In this document: positions 12,786 to 26,780 of the stretch, one piece after another
Position numbering within the stretch: position 1 is the stretch's first letter
Layout of the letters: every line of letters begins with the position of its first letter
Source: Stylophora pistillata
Taxonomy: Eukaryota
Length of the DNA: 64,000 bases
Reading direction: 5' to 3'
Assembly (NCBI RefSeq): GCF_002571385.2
Contig: NW_019218510.1
Location: 57,526-121,525 of the forward strand
Translations under genes and position numbers: made by a program
The notes under the pieces: model-generated
Databases searched by the model: none
What the model was told of the DNA's origin: nothing
The model's input: the letters and a program-made list of their open reading frames with translations, nothing else

Positions 12786-15189
12786 GGAAGCTGTAGAAAA
12801 GTAAGACCTTTTAGTTTAACGTAAGGAAAAATACTATAGTAATAAGAGTAAAGACATACAAACTTGCATTGCACAGATTAAAAAAAATCAGAGAAGGCCC
12901 CTATTATATATGTTGTGTATGCAAAAGGAGTCTATACAAAAAAATCTGTCCTTAAACCCACATGAAATAAATACCCCTCTCAATTGATTTTTACAATAAA
13001 ATCATCATTTCATGGGAATAAATACATCTGTAAAACATGTCACTCTAAAAGCATCCAAGGCAAAATTCCATGTCAGGCAATTACTAACAATTTATTTGTC
13101 AATAATATTCCTTTTGAGCTACAATGTCTTAAAAAACTGGAACAAATACTAATAGCACAGCAAATAGTGTTTCAAGAAATTGTGATTATGCCAAAAGGAC
13201 AACAAATGAAAATTAAAGGGGTCTGGCATCATTTTATTAAAATTAAAGAGAAAGCTAAACTTTAGAGGACATGTTCATTTTGAAGCTGTCAGACCAGAGT
13301 TTCTTGAAGCAGCACTTACACGGCTAAAAAATTAACAACAAACTATACAAACTTAAGATATAACAAGTGAGTGTGCAACCATTAATCCCAAATTCACTGA
13401 TCTACAACAGAATGAAATTGAAGGTATTCTAGACTCTCCACAAACTCTGTTTATGAAGACCATTCCACTCTTTATTCTGAAGATGAAACAAGAGAAAAAC
13501 AAGATGACCGTTTCAATGAATACAGAACCCCTGCCAATGAAACATGACTACAAGCAATCAACCCAGATTACCCAGTCATTATACAAGAAAACAGCTCTAA
13601 TGTTTCTACAGGAAGAGAAATTTACAATGTTGCTCCAGGCGAAAATAAACATCCTGTATCTTTGATGACTGATACCTCATGTGAAGAACTTGGATTTCCA
13701 GTATTATTTCCAATGCATAATTTTTGTGTTGTTCATCTTTTCCGGTTCTACAATTTTCACCGTTTTCGTCACTCAGAAGGAGGTATCAAATCACTGAGGT
13801 TAGAAGTCATGATCGTTAAGATGTCTAAGATCCTGCACTCATTCCTGTTTTGTTGACAGATTTGAAAACAAAGATCGACAGAATCCAACTTCTGTCATGA
13901 AGCTCACAAATCCAGATTTTACTAGCTATCTTAGAAGTCTAGACTTTGTTGGCCACACCATCCATTCCCGAGATTGACCGTTTCACAGAGCACAACAAAG
14001 TGGGTATGTAACCAAACCCCATAAGCATTGCTACTGGTCCCTACGGAAGCCTGTTATTTCTCTCACTTAAAACAGTCACTGGTTTTTTTTTAGTCTTTTT
14101 ATGGCACAACTTCGTAACCCCATCTAAAGAATTAAGCTTAAAGAAGATTTTCTCAGCAAAGAAGTCCACCACATCCATGAAAACAATGACATTTTTATTA
14201 ATATACAGGAAAAACAATGCCAATGCTCAGCACTATCTTCAAAATCTCCGAATATAACATTGTCGAAATAAACTCTATTGACACTATACTTTGTGAATTT
14301 AACATCAATTTCTTTATTGATGACTCATTACAGCGACTAATGAATTCTTTAGGATGCATTCAAATTGTTGATAAACCTACATTCATATCAAGTGGTAGTT
14401 TAATAGATCAAATATAAATTATGTTATACGATGTATCAATGATATAATTAGAAATGAAGTGCTATTCGTGTCTATTATTCTGATCATGATTGTGTTAAGA
14501 CTGTGATTAAACTGTGAACATATCAATCTTAAAAATATAAAACCTAAATCTTTCACTAAATGAACATTACATTTAAATTTAAAAAAGTGGGATTTTTCAG
14601 AACAAGAGACTGACAGCACAGGGAACAATTTCTGCAAATGGATCAAACACATCGACAAATATTACAGTGTACAACACTCATTTTCCGATTTTTTTATTCT
14701 GATCGTATGTATTCAAGCCATAAATAATACGAGATTCTCTCAATATACCTATACTTACCTTCAATTCCATGTGGTCAAAACCCCAAATCATAATTCATAC
14801 ATCAAAATAAACACATAAAACTTTCTGTTCTTTTTTTCATTAGAAACTTTGCCCTGAAACATATGTTGTCAAGAAAATTAGCATGTGAAACTCTACCAAT
14901 GATTAGTTGAGTTTTTTGTTGAGTTACTGATTGATTTATTTCAATAAAATCAAATTGTGTTTACATTTATGTCTATTCTAATCAAAAGTCAACAGCCCCT
15001 GGGTCTGCAGTAGTCCAAAGCAAATTAGTGGTAAAACCTTCAAAAAAACAACAGCTAAGGGAATCCAAACTCCACGCAGCTATACCTCTACTTAGTTATG
15101 AAATTAAATCTTATCGCAACATCCAAAGAAAGTCTCGAGTTCAAGCAGCCATGCGTCTAGTTTCTTGATTAGACAACCCTGTTCGTCAG

Positions 15190-16230
15190 ACTCAGAGTTA
15201 CAGAACACGGCTGAAGACTACGTCAATTACATATCCACAAATCCTCTCTTAAAAGCAACAACACTTGAAGACATCAAACAAACTACCAAAGAAGATGCAA
15301 AGATGCAGGCTCTTACTAAGGCAATAGAAAATGGTTGGTGGAACAGCACTGAAGTCCAAGATTTTAAAAGAGTGAAAGATAAATTTCCAGAATGCAATTG
15401 AGTAGTGTTGTGAATGAACATAGTTCTCAGACCACTCACCCTCAGAAGCAGAGCAGTTAAGAATTACCACATTTGAGTCTCAAAGGATTTATTATATTAA
15501 GGCCAAGCAACATATTAGAAACAGAACTTCTTTGAATTACCACACTTCCCAGTGCACCTTGGAAAGAAGTTGCCACTGATTTCACAGGACCATTCACCAG
15601 TGGAGATTACATAGGCAGTGGTTGTGGACCAATTCAGCCGTTTTCCAGAGGTAGAACTACTCACTTCAAGTGCTGCCAAAGCTGTGAATCCAAAACTAGA
15701 CTCTATGTTTTCAAGACAAGTCGTGCCAGATATTCTGAAGAGTGACAACAGACCTCCCTTCAATGAGTGTGAGTTAAAAAACTTTGCTGACTATCTAGGA
15801 TTTAAACACAGAAGAATCACACAACTCTGGCCAAAAGCAAAAACAACAGGATGGCCCACATGGAAGGTAAGAGTTGGAAACAAGAGTTAGACAAGTTTTT
15901 TGCTCCATAACTGCACAAATCCCCATTCAACAACACGTTTCACTCTGTGAAGCTCTGAACAACAGAAACCTCAAAAACTTTGCTATCCGAAACACCAACC
16001 ACCCACCAAAAGCAGCATCAGCCCATGTTTTGAGATCCATCAGCTAGGCTTGCACAGAAAGGTGCCTTGCAAAAACTGAAGAGGAAGATCTATGGTGACA
16101 AAAAGGGAAATGCTCTAGCAAAAAAGATTAAGCCAGGAGAGGTTGAACTCATGAAACAACCTAAATGGAACAAAGTTTGCACACTACACAATCCCAAGCC
16201 TTTTGTTGTGAAGGAGACAGAAGTGTGACA
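15190..16230 (+). mobile_element. Gypsy LTR-retrotransposon integrase remnant
   Basis: AEDYVNYI..EDIKQTTKED; PWKEVATDFTGPF; VVDQFSRFPEVE; PDILKSDNRPPFN; HRRITQLWPKA. Confidence 0.8.
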
Positions 16231-16959
16231 AAATAGCCAGCCCAGTCATGTGACCATGTTTTTTACTAGACTGCAGAAAGGTAGATTAAACCCCCTGTTA
16301 GAATCAAGGATTATGTACTTCTAGTTTCTGTCAAAATAGACTTCCGCTCAGAAGTTTCAAATTGTTCATATTTTGTTTCCTTATTGACAAATGACATTTG
16401 AAGGACTGTTCTTTTTCAGACAAGATTTTCAGCCAAACATTGGTGTTGTTTTAAGATCTGAGAATATTGCTTAGTCAAAAACAGATTTGCAAAGACTTTT
16501 TTGATGGGAGTTATTTTAAGTACTTTCTAGTCTTCAGCCCAAGAAGATAAGGGATGTAATGTTATTCACAAGATCATTGCATCATGTGATCTGCTGGTAA
16601 AGGTATTGAGTTATTCTGGACAAACAAGCATGGCATTGTTTACTCCTTCATTTGGTCGTTAGTACAGGGTTAAACTAGGCAGTTCAAGACCAATGTTATC
16701 TCAGTCATACAGCTACTCTAAGTAAGCTTGCCAATACCACTGGCATAGTTCAAGAACTTTTCCATGTATACTTTTTTATGTCAAACTATGGTATAGCTCC
16801 TCAAACCATAGAAGAAAATTCAGTAATGAGAAGGTATTTTATTCCTTCCATGTTTGTAAATCGTTCATGTATTTACACAATGACATTTGGTCTGCTCATT
16901 TTCAACTCTGCTCTCAAGTTTGGTTTACTAGTGTTTTTGCTGTTCATCTACTTCAATAG

Positions 16960-17250
16960 CCAAAGTCAATGCTTTATGGGGGGAATCATGCGTCACTGAG
17001 AGAATTTGAAATCTATGAATCCATGATCTATGACTCGCAAAAGGAAAGGAGATGTCATGGCAAAACTACCAAAACATCAACACACTTGCCAGACTGGTGT
17101 TGCAAAGTTTTCTGCATTGGAAAATACCCTGAAAGAGTGGATTGTCAGCAAAAGGGAAAATAGGTGTGCTCTCACTACTGTCATGATCCAACTGAAGGCA
17201 AGAAAATTATCAATGCAAATGAATGTTGCTAATTTTGACCATTGGTAGAG
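16960..17250 (+). mobile_element. pogo/Tigger-type transposase N-terminal DNA-binding fragment
   Basis: GNHASLREFEIYESMIYD (Brinker-like) and FSALENTLKEWIVSKRENRCALTTVMIQLKARKL (CENP-B-type HTH). Confidence 0.7.
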
Positions 17251-17582
17251 CTCCTCTGAACATTTGTAATCAAAAGGTCTCAAAAGGAGCAGACTGATTG
17301 CAATTTTTATAAAAATAACAACACATTTGAAACTGAATTTAATTCCTACGACCTTCATTGTCTTGTGAAAAGTCCTACAAGAATTACCAACAGTATTGCA
17401 ACACTTATTGATGTAATTTTGACCAACAACCATCATAGATTTCTTCATACAGCAGTTTTTGAATCACATCTCAGTGATCACAAACTTGTTTGTACTTCTA
17501 CGAAATTCCATCCTCCATGCTCTCAACTTAAGTTTGTTACATCTAGAAAGATCAAAGATCTTGACCAAGAGCAATTGATAGA

Positions 17583-17959
17583 TGATGATGAAATTTTATT
17601 TGTGTGTCTGTTAGGGATCTAGCTCCCGACTAGCTTAGTGCTACTTGGTGACACAGTATAGTTATACAATAAACATTATCTTAAAATGTACCTATTTATA
17701 CACCTATTATATGGTAACTTAAGCTATAATAAAACATTATACAATAAGAATTATCTTAAAATGTACTGATTAATACACTAATTATACAGTAACAGAAGCT
17801 ATAATAAAACATATTGGATTCAAAGTGTCAAAGATCAGTTCAAACATTACAAAGCGTATCTTGTAATGTACTAATTAATATATCATTTATACAGTGGCTT
17901 AAGCTATAACAAAACAAAGTCATATTCCAATAAAAGTGTCAACTGCTGCAAAGAATACA
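17583..17959 (-). mobile_element. Reverse-oriented retroposed 3' end with (TCA)n tail and ~75-bp internal repeats
   Basis: 7-bp TSD TGATAGA at 17576-17582 and 17960-17966; the host LINE frame resumes after excision. Confidence 0.65.
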
Positions 17960-19103
17960 TGATAGAAGACTTGAACTGCACTTCATTTTATATCTCTAAT
18001 ATCTTTGATGATATAGATAATGTATATTGAGCCTGGAATAAGATGTATAAAGATGTTATTGATGATCGTGCATGTTCCTTTAAAGAAAGTAAAGCTAAAA
18101 GGTAAACAAATACCATTTATGAACAGAGAACTACAGACAGCAATTTGTATGCAAAAACAATTATAGAATAAATACAAAAAACCTGGAGAACCCTCTGACC
18201 ATCTTAACTACAAATACAAATGAGAATCCAAGAGAATTTTGGAATTATTAAGTTTTTTGAACACAAAAGGTGCTAAGTCAGTGAACGACATTGTTTTAAA
18301 AGAGAATGGCAAGATGATTAAAGAAAGATCTGAAGTGGCAACACTTTAAATGACTACTTTGTTAACATTTGTTATTCAATTAATGCTGGATTCAATTCAG
18401 ACAACCTTAAATCTCATCCTAGCATCCTATCCAGGAGGGATCTTATGAACACTAAATGTAATCCACAGGAAAAATTCTCCTTTAATGAAGTCCCAGTCTC
18501 TGTTGTTGCTGATATAATCAAATCACTCAAAACATCCAAATATTCCAGCTATAACAATATAAATTCTCTGGTTGTTAAATTATCATTGAGATTATCAAAC
18601 CTCTGACTGAACTCATTAATTTATGCATTCGTAAATGTGTTGTGCCTCTAGCCTAGAAGTCTGCTCAGGTAACTCAGACTTTCAAAAGTGATGAACTTTT
18701 AGACAGAAGAAATTACAGACCAATCTCTGTTGTGCCTCTATTTGACTCAGTTTTTGAAAAATTCTTTATTGTCAACTATATAAACGGTTTGACGATCTGC
18801 TTGTAAGTCAACAATCTGCTTTTCGTAGACATCACGGTTGACACTGCACTAATTGACAAGCTATTTTAGGTCCTGTTCTGTTCACTTTTTATGTTAATGA
18901 CCTTCTTTCTGTTCTGGAGTGTTGTATTTCTGTTGTACCTTTCCTTCCCACCTGCCAACTCAACTATGGCCATTTCTGCCTTGAATGATAATCTTACAAA
19001 AGTATGAGAGTGGTGCCATAAAATTCCCTTCTGATCAACCTAAGTAAAAACAAAGTTTTGATATTTGGAGTAACACTATTACAGAGACTTCCACCATTCA
19101 AAC

Positions 19104-20337
19104 TACCATAAACCCCGTGGATAAGCTACAACTTTTTTCCAAAAATCATTGCTAGAAATTGGGGGTGTGGCATGTCTGTGGGAACGTGGTGTATGGTCTG
19201 GTGCGCAATTCCGACGATGCAATCAGTCTCCAATCTGATCTGGACAATTTAGTTGAATGGGCAAAGATATGGCAAATGCCTTCAATCCATGAGACCAATG
19301 CTGGAATATGGTTGTACTGTGTGGGACCTGTATAGAGCATATCAGAAATTATGGCTCGAACAGGTCCAGCACAGGGCAGCACGCTTTGTAACAGGAACCT
19401 ACACGAGGGAGGAGAGATGCGTAACCAATGCTCTAAAGCAACTTAATTGGCCAACTCTTGAAAAAAGAAGACAATTAGCTAGACTGACACTGATGTACAA
19501 ATGTGTTACCAACCAGACCGCTATAGATAATCCCCAACCATGTACATCATCAGTCTTCCCTAAAACCACATCATCTCATCCACTGAAATTTATCCCACTT
19601 CAGCCATCCTGCAACACGTACAAATACAGCTTCTGGCCCAGAACTATCATTCACTGGAATGGCCTGCAACGGAATTATATAACATTGGATTCCACTGCAA
19701 AATTTAAAGTCATCTCTCTAACTACATTTTTTCAATGTCATGTTTACCTTTTTCGCTTCATTTATTTATTTACATATGTACATATAAATATATATAAATA
19801 TATATACCTTTTTTCCTATTTTTACATTTCCTAGCTGTAGTGCTTTAGTTATTAGTTAGAAGCTTGTGAATGTTATAGATGTTGCATGATGATATGTAAA
19901 AGTTCATGTGTAAATGTAAACATTTGAAAAAGGTGTCATGAATGTCCATTGCTCCGTCCACTTTAATGCCTGGTTACTAAGCTTCAAATGTTGTGGTCAC
20001 ATTCTTCTTTAACTGCAAAAATCCATGGAAAAACTGTGTTGAATGAGGAAATTCCTGTCAAAAAATACTAGAAAAAGACCAATCGTCTGTCAAAGTTGGT
20101 AGAAACGACATTCATTACATTAAAGTGCTAAAATTGTGCGTTACACTTTAAAGTATTCTTCATTGCAATGTGAATGATGAGTTTACATTCCATGAACAGT
20201 GGATGAAGAAGATTTCTCAAGATTCGACTTTGGATTTCCTTTGATTTTAATTAAGAAACCTTTTTTCCAAATTTGAGTTGCTAAATTTGGGGTGCAGCTT
20301 ATCTGCAGGTGTGGCTTATCCGCAGATTTTTACGGTA
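19104..20337. mobile_element. TA-flanked non-autonomous Tc1/mariner-pogo-type DNA element
   Basis: TIRs TACCATAAACCCCGTGGATAAGC / GCTTATCCGCAGATTTTTACGGTA. Excision restores the host frame FKL|TLFDK. Confidence 0.75.
19178..19930 (+). mobile_element. CR1-group LINE 3' fragment inside the TA element
   Basis: LQSDLDNLVEWAKIWQM; RPMLEYGCTVWD; LEQVQHRAARFV; YKYSFWPRTIIHWNGL. Confidence 0.8.
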
Positions 20338-21027
20338 ACACTTTTTGATAAACAAATATCACCCGAGACTGTTGCTGAAAACCTAGGCATTCAACTGGAT
20401 GCAAACCTCAGTTGTAACAAACATATTACTAAGAGTGTTTCAAACTGTCAATTTAAGTCAAAACAAATCAATAGAATTAAGCATCTTCTAGATGGGAAAC
20501 ATTGTTGTGACTTACAAGTGCCTTCAATTTTAGCAAATTGTTATCTTGCTCATGTGTCTGGAGCAATACCAGCGATAACAACATTGAAAGATAACAAAAG
20601 TCATTAAAAAAATTTATTGCAGTTATTAATAGCTCCTCCACCCCTTGAAATTAAAATATCCCAAAGGCTAAGGTTTTCTTAAAGTTGCTCTTTAATTTCC
20701 CTGAAATTGCTATCAATGGTTATTGTTGATTTCAATCACCTGTTGTTAATAAAACAGGTTAAATTCAGCTTGTGAATCTCATTTTTAATTTATGAGCTCT
20801 TGGAAAATCTCATAGGGCTCAATACTGGTTAAGATTAGATTAAAAAATCTGGAAAGCTCTTTATGAGAGTTTTGCTAACCTTATCCCCAGTTTTAGGTCT
20901 TTCTAGCCCTACTCTCAAACACCTTACCAGTCCACCCATCTCAGAAAGGTAGTGGATAGATGTAATGTAAATTTTTATGATCCTATTTTATCCATGATAT
21001 AGAACATGTCTACCTGTAAAATACCAA

Positions 21028-22215
21028 TTCTATCACATGACCTGAGGCTAGGAGATCCAAGAGATAGCACAGCACATGCGCAACTCATTTGCACATATCC
21101 TTGAAGTGCGAAAATCATCTGTGATCCACGAAAACTCGAGAAATTCTCCAAAAGATTGCCCTGTTTCCCAGTGCAGTTGAGAAAACTACTGGACCCCAAC
21201 AGGAAAAACATAACACCAACATAGTTAGCATTGGTGGCTACCAAAACGAAAGCTAGCATTCCAACGCAGTTGGAGGTGCCCAACTTAAACCTGCCAAGCT
21301 TCATAGAAATGGTCGTGAGTGACAAAGAAGGTACGAACACGAGCTCAACTAGCACAAAGGCGTCAAAATCTCACTGAAATGTTCAAGTCAGCGCTGAGCG
21401 CGATGAAAGAACTTAAACAGTCGCTACTCTGGTTGAACCTGCTTAAGATAATGACGAACAGGGCGATAAACAAGAGGAGAGCAACAAGGGAACCACTACA
21501 GGCGAGAAAAAACCCATGGCAGCTGGTGAAACCAACAAAAGCCCACCGGCAAAAGCCTCAGGCAGCAAACTCAGTGCTCACCGAAATAGTCCAAGAACTC
21601 GACATCAATGAAAAAACGGGAAGTGATGTGGATAGGGCTTCTAAAGCTAGTGGGCAGACTCCTCCAGGATAAACTACAAGAGGACAAAGTCCAAACCAGA
21701 ATTGAGAATTCCACGGCCCGGGAATGTTGAGGGACTGAGAACACCGAGAGTGAACCCCACTTATCTGGAACCAAATCCCAGTACAGGTGCGCACAAGTGA
21801 CTCGAAATTGCAAGAGTTGCAGAATGCAATTGTTGCCTCCGTTGTGGCTATGATCAACGCAACCAATTTACTGATTGAACAAGAAGATGAAGCCACAGCA
21901 AACAACAAAGAAGTTGTGTCAACATTGACAGATGCCATAACATTGGCCATGCAATGCTTCCAAGATATGAATTCGTTGAGGCACTAGGTGATAGAGAAAG
22001 ACCTACATTGCGACTACTCGGCCATCTGTAATTCTAACACAGTCCCTTCAACATCAGAGTACTTGTTTGGGGATTTATCCAGACTAACAAGGGATATCTC
22101 TGACGTAAACAAACTGGCAAGGAAAGTCAGGCCACACTTTCAAGCGCAAGGGAACAACAGGAAATGTAGCTCGATTTCCCAACGCAGCCAGGGGCATCAA
22201 TGCAATCGGTGATTA
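21028..22215 (+). mobile_element. DIRS-like element 5' fragment (gag-like ORF1)
   Basis: Starts (AA)TTCTATC like the downstream DIRS. TPRVNPLIWNQI..DSKLQELQ..DYSAIC..YLFGDL resembles the downstream ORF1 (VNKEIWGQL..EYASLC..LLGED). Confidence 0.65.
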
Positions 22216-25200
22216 CAGACAAGGACTGGGCCAGGATCGAGAAAAGACGTGTTTTTGAAGCTCTGGAATTAGTGAGCAGTTAAACAATGTAATTACTAAT
22301 TCTAACATGTCGTCGGTCATACATCACTACGGAGTCACATGAAAAGCACGTGCGCTTACTTATCTAGCCATTGTACGTTCACTTTCTTAGCCTGCAGTAC
22401 AGAACTACCGTCGTCCAGTATTCAAACCTTTTGTAGTGAGAATATACCCAGTCTATATCATCTCTTTACCCTCTGCTCATTTTTCTATCTTAGTGTTTTA
22501 CAGAAATCTAGCTGACTGTTATTATTATCATGGCCAACAAGGCAACGCAAATAGTTGTTGAAGCCGAAATCACAGGCCAACCTGGTTTCTCAGGCAGTCA
22601 ACCTGACCATTCTAGACAACCTGCTGAAATTGAAATAACTAGCCAACCTGGCACTGAAACACTACGCGAGACCCTTGCAGAAATGAACAAATCTATGAGC
22701 TCTATGGCAACACTCCTTGAACAGCTTGTTGCTCATGGGGAGCCTCCCCAACGTTGTACACAAGAATAAGACGTTGAGCATGAGGAATCCAAACCTGCGC
22801 CAAAACGTCGCCGCGACTTTGATGAGCTCAGCACCACAGCTTCGGACCAAGATATCAACGAATTGATCAATCCTTTGGGTACCTCTGCCGAGGATGAGTT
22901 GTCAACCCAAACGGCCAATGAGCCTGATGAATTTATCAAAAGTCTCGAAGCAGAATTTGCCGACTCTGTTCCAGCTGGGCCGGATATCAACCAAAGCCTA
23001 GCAAACATTGCGAAAAACGCTAGGGAATAACTTTACCGCCAGAAAAGCTAAGACCACTGCTTGAAAAGCTTGCTCAGCCCAAAAACTGTGAGCTCCACGT
23101 AGCTCAGGTTAACAAGGAAATCTGGGGTCAATTAGCAAACCACCAGAAAAAACGCCTACAGAATATACAGGAAACCCTTCAGAAGGCTTCATTCGCGCTG
23201 TCTAAGTCATCTGAGCCATTCGTTGGCGATATTTCCGAAAGATCTAAAATGCTTCTGGCCCAAAACATTGATGGTATCGCTTTATTAGGCCATGCTGCGC
23301 GAGATATCATTGGCTTGATGCGGGAACGCATTAGACCAATGCTGAAACCAGAATATGCCTCTTTGTGTACAAAAGAATCACAAGATGTTTCAAAACACCT
23401 CCTTGGCGAGGACTTGGCAAAGCAAGTATGTGATGCCAAGGAGACGAGCGCAATCGGCAAAAAGATTGGCACCAATGCACACAAAAAGCCAATGGGACAC
23501 ACCTGCCCATACTATACGAAGAATGAGTTCCGCCGCGATAGAGGCAAGTCTAGTAAAGGCTACTATGGTGATCACAACAGCAAGGATTGTTTTTTAGTGA
23601 AAGGCCAGATGAAGCCTCAAGGGAAACCAAAGGCGAAAAATAATATCCATGCTGCGCGACATAAAAAATTCTGTAAGTAATTTTCCCAGTGTCTTAAGTG
23701 ACATACACGAATATCTCAGGGATGCATGCACGCAATTCAAGGCGGGTTGTGTCCAAAAGGCCATTCATGCGTGGCAGGACATAACATCTGACCCAGAACT
23801 ATTATCCCTTGTGAATGGCACGACAATAGAATTTGATTCGCTACCGAGCTTTTCAACTCAGCTTAAATCATCCTTTCCTTCACTCGAAATCCAAATTATT
23901 GACGAGCAATTATCCATTATGTTGAACAAGTTTAATGTAGAACCCACAACTCATTGTCAGGGTGAATTCATAATTATCGTCCATTTTTACACCTCCAAAA
24001 AAGGATGGAGCTCACTGCATGATTTTAAACCTTAAGAAACTTAATGAGTTTGTTACATACTGTCACTTCAAGATGGATACTCTACAATCTATTCAAATCT
24101 AGTTAAGAAGGACTGTTACATGGCATCTCTTGACCTGAAAGATGCCTATTATTCAGTCGCCATTTTGCCTTCTCATTGCAAATACCTTTCTTTCTGGTGG
24201 AGGGATAAACTTTACAGGTTTACCTGCCTGCCTAATGGTTTATCATCATGCCCCAGAATTTTTATGAAACTTCTATAACCAGCTTTAGCTACTCTGCACG
24301 AATTAGGCCATATCATAGCTAGCTATATTGACGACCTTTTTCTCCAGGGTCAAACGTATGATATATATGTCCACAACGTCATTGACACATTCCTTCTGTT
24401 TGACAGATTAGGATTCATTATTCATCCAACCAAATCCGTCTTCACTCCTTCGAAGGAAATTGCCCTTTTGGGTTTTATTATTAACCTGGCCGACATGACC
24501 ATTAGACTCACCCCCAAAAAAGCTTCTGCACTTAAGGCCGATTGTTTAACGCTTTCCTGCTCAGAATCGCCGACCATTCATGAAGTCGCTCAAATCATAG
24601 GGAAAATCATCTCCTCTTTCCCGGGAGTAATGTACGGTCCCCTGTATTTCCAACATTTGGAAAGAGACAAAACTACCTCTCTTAAAGAGCATCAAGGGGA
24701 TTTCGATAAACATACCTCCCTATCTACGGAGGCCATAGGCGAATTGACATGGTGGTCAGAAAACGTGATTAACACCAAAAATTTAATAAGTCACACTCTC
24801 CATTCGCATATAATTACAACAGATGCGTCACACACTGGTTGGGGGGCTGTCTATAACAAGAACAGTAAAGGTGGTTCCTGGTCAGTAGAAGAACTATGCC
24901 TCCATATCAATTATCTTGAACTTTTTGCTGCTTTTCTGGGGCTACAAACTTACTGCTCGCATTTATGCAACACCCACATCAGATTGCGCATCGATAACAC
25001 AACAGCTATTGCTGTTATTAACCATATGGGAACCAGTCACTCTTGGACTGCAACAACCTCGCTAAAAGAATATGGGAATGGTGCATAACCCATCATATTT
25101 GGCTTAGTGCAATTCATATCCCAGGGGTAGAAAATATAACGGCAGATGCGGAATCTAGGAAGACCAATACAAACACAGAGTGGATGATTGACAGAGCAAT

Positions 25201-25619
25201 ATTGACTAAAGCATTAAATACCTCAGATTACCTCCCTGAGGTGGATTTGTTTGCCTCACAAATCAATGCCCAATTTTCACATTATGTCTCCTTCAGACCT
25301 GACCCAGGGGCGATGGCAATTGACACACTGACTATGGACATAATTTATCTCAAATAAAATTTTATGCATTCCCTCCTTTCAGTGTGATAGGAATGTTTTT
25401 ACAACAAGTAGAGCAACAAAAAGCAACCGGGGTATTAGTGCTACCAGACTGGCCAACCCAAGCTTGGTTCCCCAAGGCCATGCATATGTGTTTAAAACTG
25501 CCTATACCAATGGGTCCGCAGAAATGCCTTCTAACACTTCAGGGACCACCACACGAAATACATCCACTGCACAAAAATCTAACCCTGTTACTCTGCCTGC
25601 TATCACACAACAGTTGACT

Positions 25620-26591
25620 GAAACAGGACTCTTGGATGACGCGATCGAAATCATCATGGCTTCATAGCGAAAATCCACTTCCAAGCAATACAAATCCTAC
25701 TTGAAACAATGGACTGACTTCTGCGAGAAAAGGAAAATTGAACTATCTGAGGCAAATGTCCAGGACGGCTTAGCTTTCCTCGCCTATCTTTATAAACAAG
25801 GGCTTGGCTACAGCACCATCCACACCGCAAGATCGGCCTTGTCCATTACTTTATCACTGGGGGAAAAATCAACATTTGGTGAGCACCCACTTATAGTTCG
25901 TTTCTTAAAAGGCATTTTCGAGCTGAAACCATCGTTACCACGTCACACAACCATCTGGAACGTCAGAAAAGTTTTAGACCGCTTCCGCATTATGCTCCCT
26001 CTGGAGGAACTCACATTGAAACAATTAACTCTCAAGCTTGTCACGCTACTCGCCTTAACAACTACTCAAAGATGTCAGACTTTGGCTTGCCTCAACACCT
26101 GATTCATCCAAGATATGTCCACTAAGCTGCGCTTCTCACTGCAAGAAAAACTAAAAACATCTAGACGTGGCAATCATTTGGAGCCTATCGAGATCAAGGC
26201 TTATCCGTCTGAACTACAACTCTGCCCGGTTACGCATATAGGACACTACCTAGTGCAAACCAGACCCCTTCACCAGGACTCGAAGCTAATTATTAGCCTA
26301 TTGAAACCGTACAAACCAGTCACACCAGCCACAATTGGATGCTGGATAAAATCTATGCCCACGGAAGCCGGTATTAATACTGAGCAATACTCAGCCCACA
26401 GTGGCAGGACTGCCTCTTCATCATTCCCCTTATCATCAGGACTTGCCATACAAGACATTCCAAATGCGGGAGGATGGTCACAACCAGAAACATTTGCCAG
26501 ACATTACAATAAACCCATTAATCCTAACTTTGGTAGCCATATCCTAGACCACGCTCAATCTACAACTCAGCACACTTCCAATGATTTGTGA
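25620..26591 (+). pseudogene. DIRS tyrosine recombinase (in-frame stops at ~25666 and 26100)
   Basis: TARSALS; TTTQRCQTL (R); YSAHSGRTASSS (HxxR); AGGWSQPETFARHY (W, catalytic Y). Confidence 0.88.
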
Positions 26592-26780
26592 TATCGATGA
26601 TTCACTTATTTTCTCGTTCTTGGCGTTAGAACATTCCTATGTACGCGAATTCACAGAATAAATGGATCACATTTTAGCCTTTTGACCATTTTATCATTCA
26701 TTATAACAACGATCATCTTTGGCAACTTGGACCACGTGCCATGTGTAAGACTCGGCCCACATTCGCACGCTTTGAATTCT

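Larger units (their letters stand above)
11340..15015 (+). mobile_element. Helitron/Helentron remnant (N-terminal papain-like region, DUF6570-like region, terminal AP-endonuclease; Rep and helicase deleted)
   Basis: IFDSHARD (11366); EGPYYICCVC; YICKTCH..IPCQA..N.L; IMPKGQQMKIKG; RGHVHFEAVRP; VAPGENKHPVS..CEELGFPVLFP. APE-like IQIVDKPTFISSGSLIDQIY..YYSDHD (14340-14500). Possible 3' hairpin end CAGCCCCTGGGTCTGCAGTAG at ~14993-15013. Confidence 0.7.
17300..20610 (+). mobile_element. L2/CR1-group LINE ORF2 remnant(s), APE to RT thumb, with nested insertions
   Basis: PTRITNSIATLIDVIL..LSDHKLV; NYRPISVVP; QSAFR; ILGPVLFTFYVNDL; EWCHKNSLLIN; NLGIQLDANL..HI. May be two fused copies. Confidence 0.7.

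Noticed and set aside
16541-16665. Possible Gypsy PPT plus 3' LTR (AAGAAGATAAGGGA-TGTAATG)
   Set aside because: No second LTR to confirm the boundaries.
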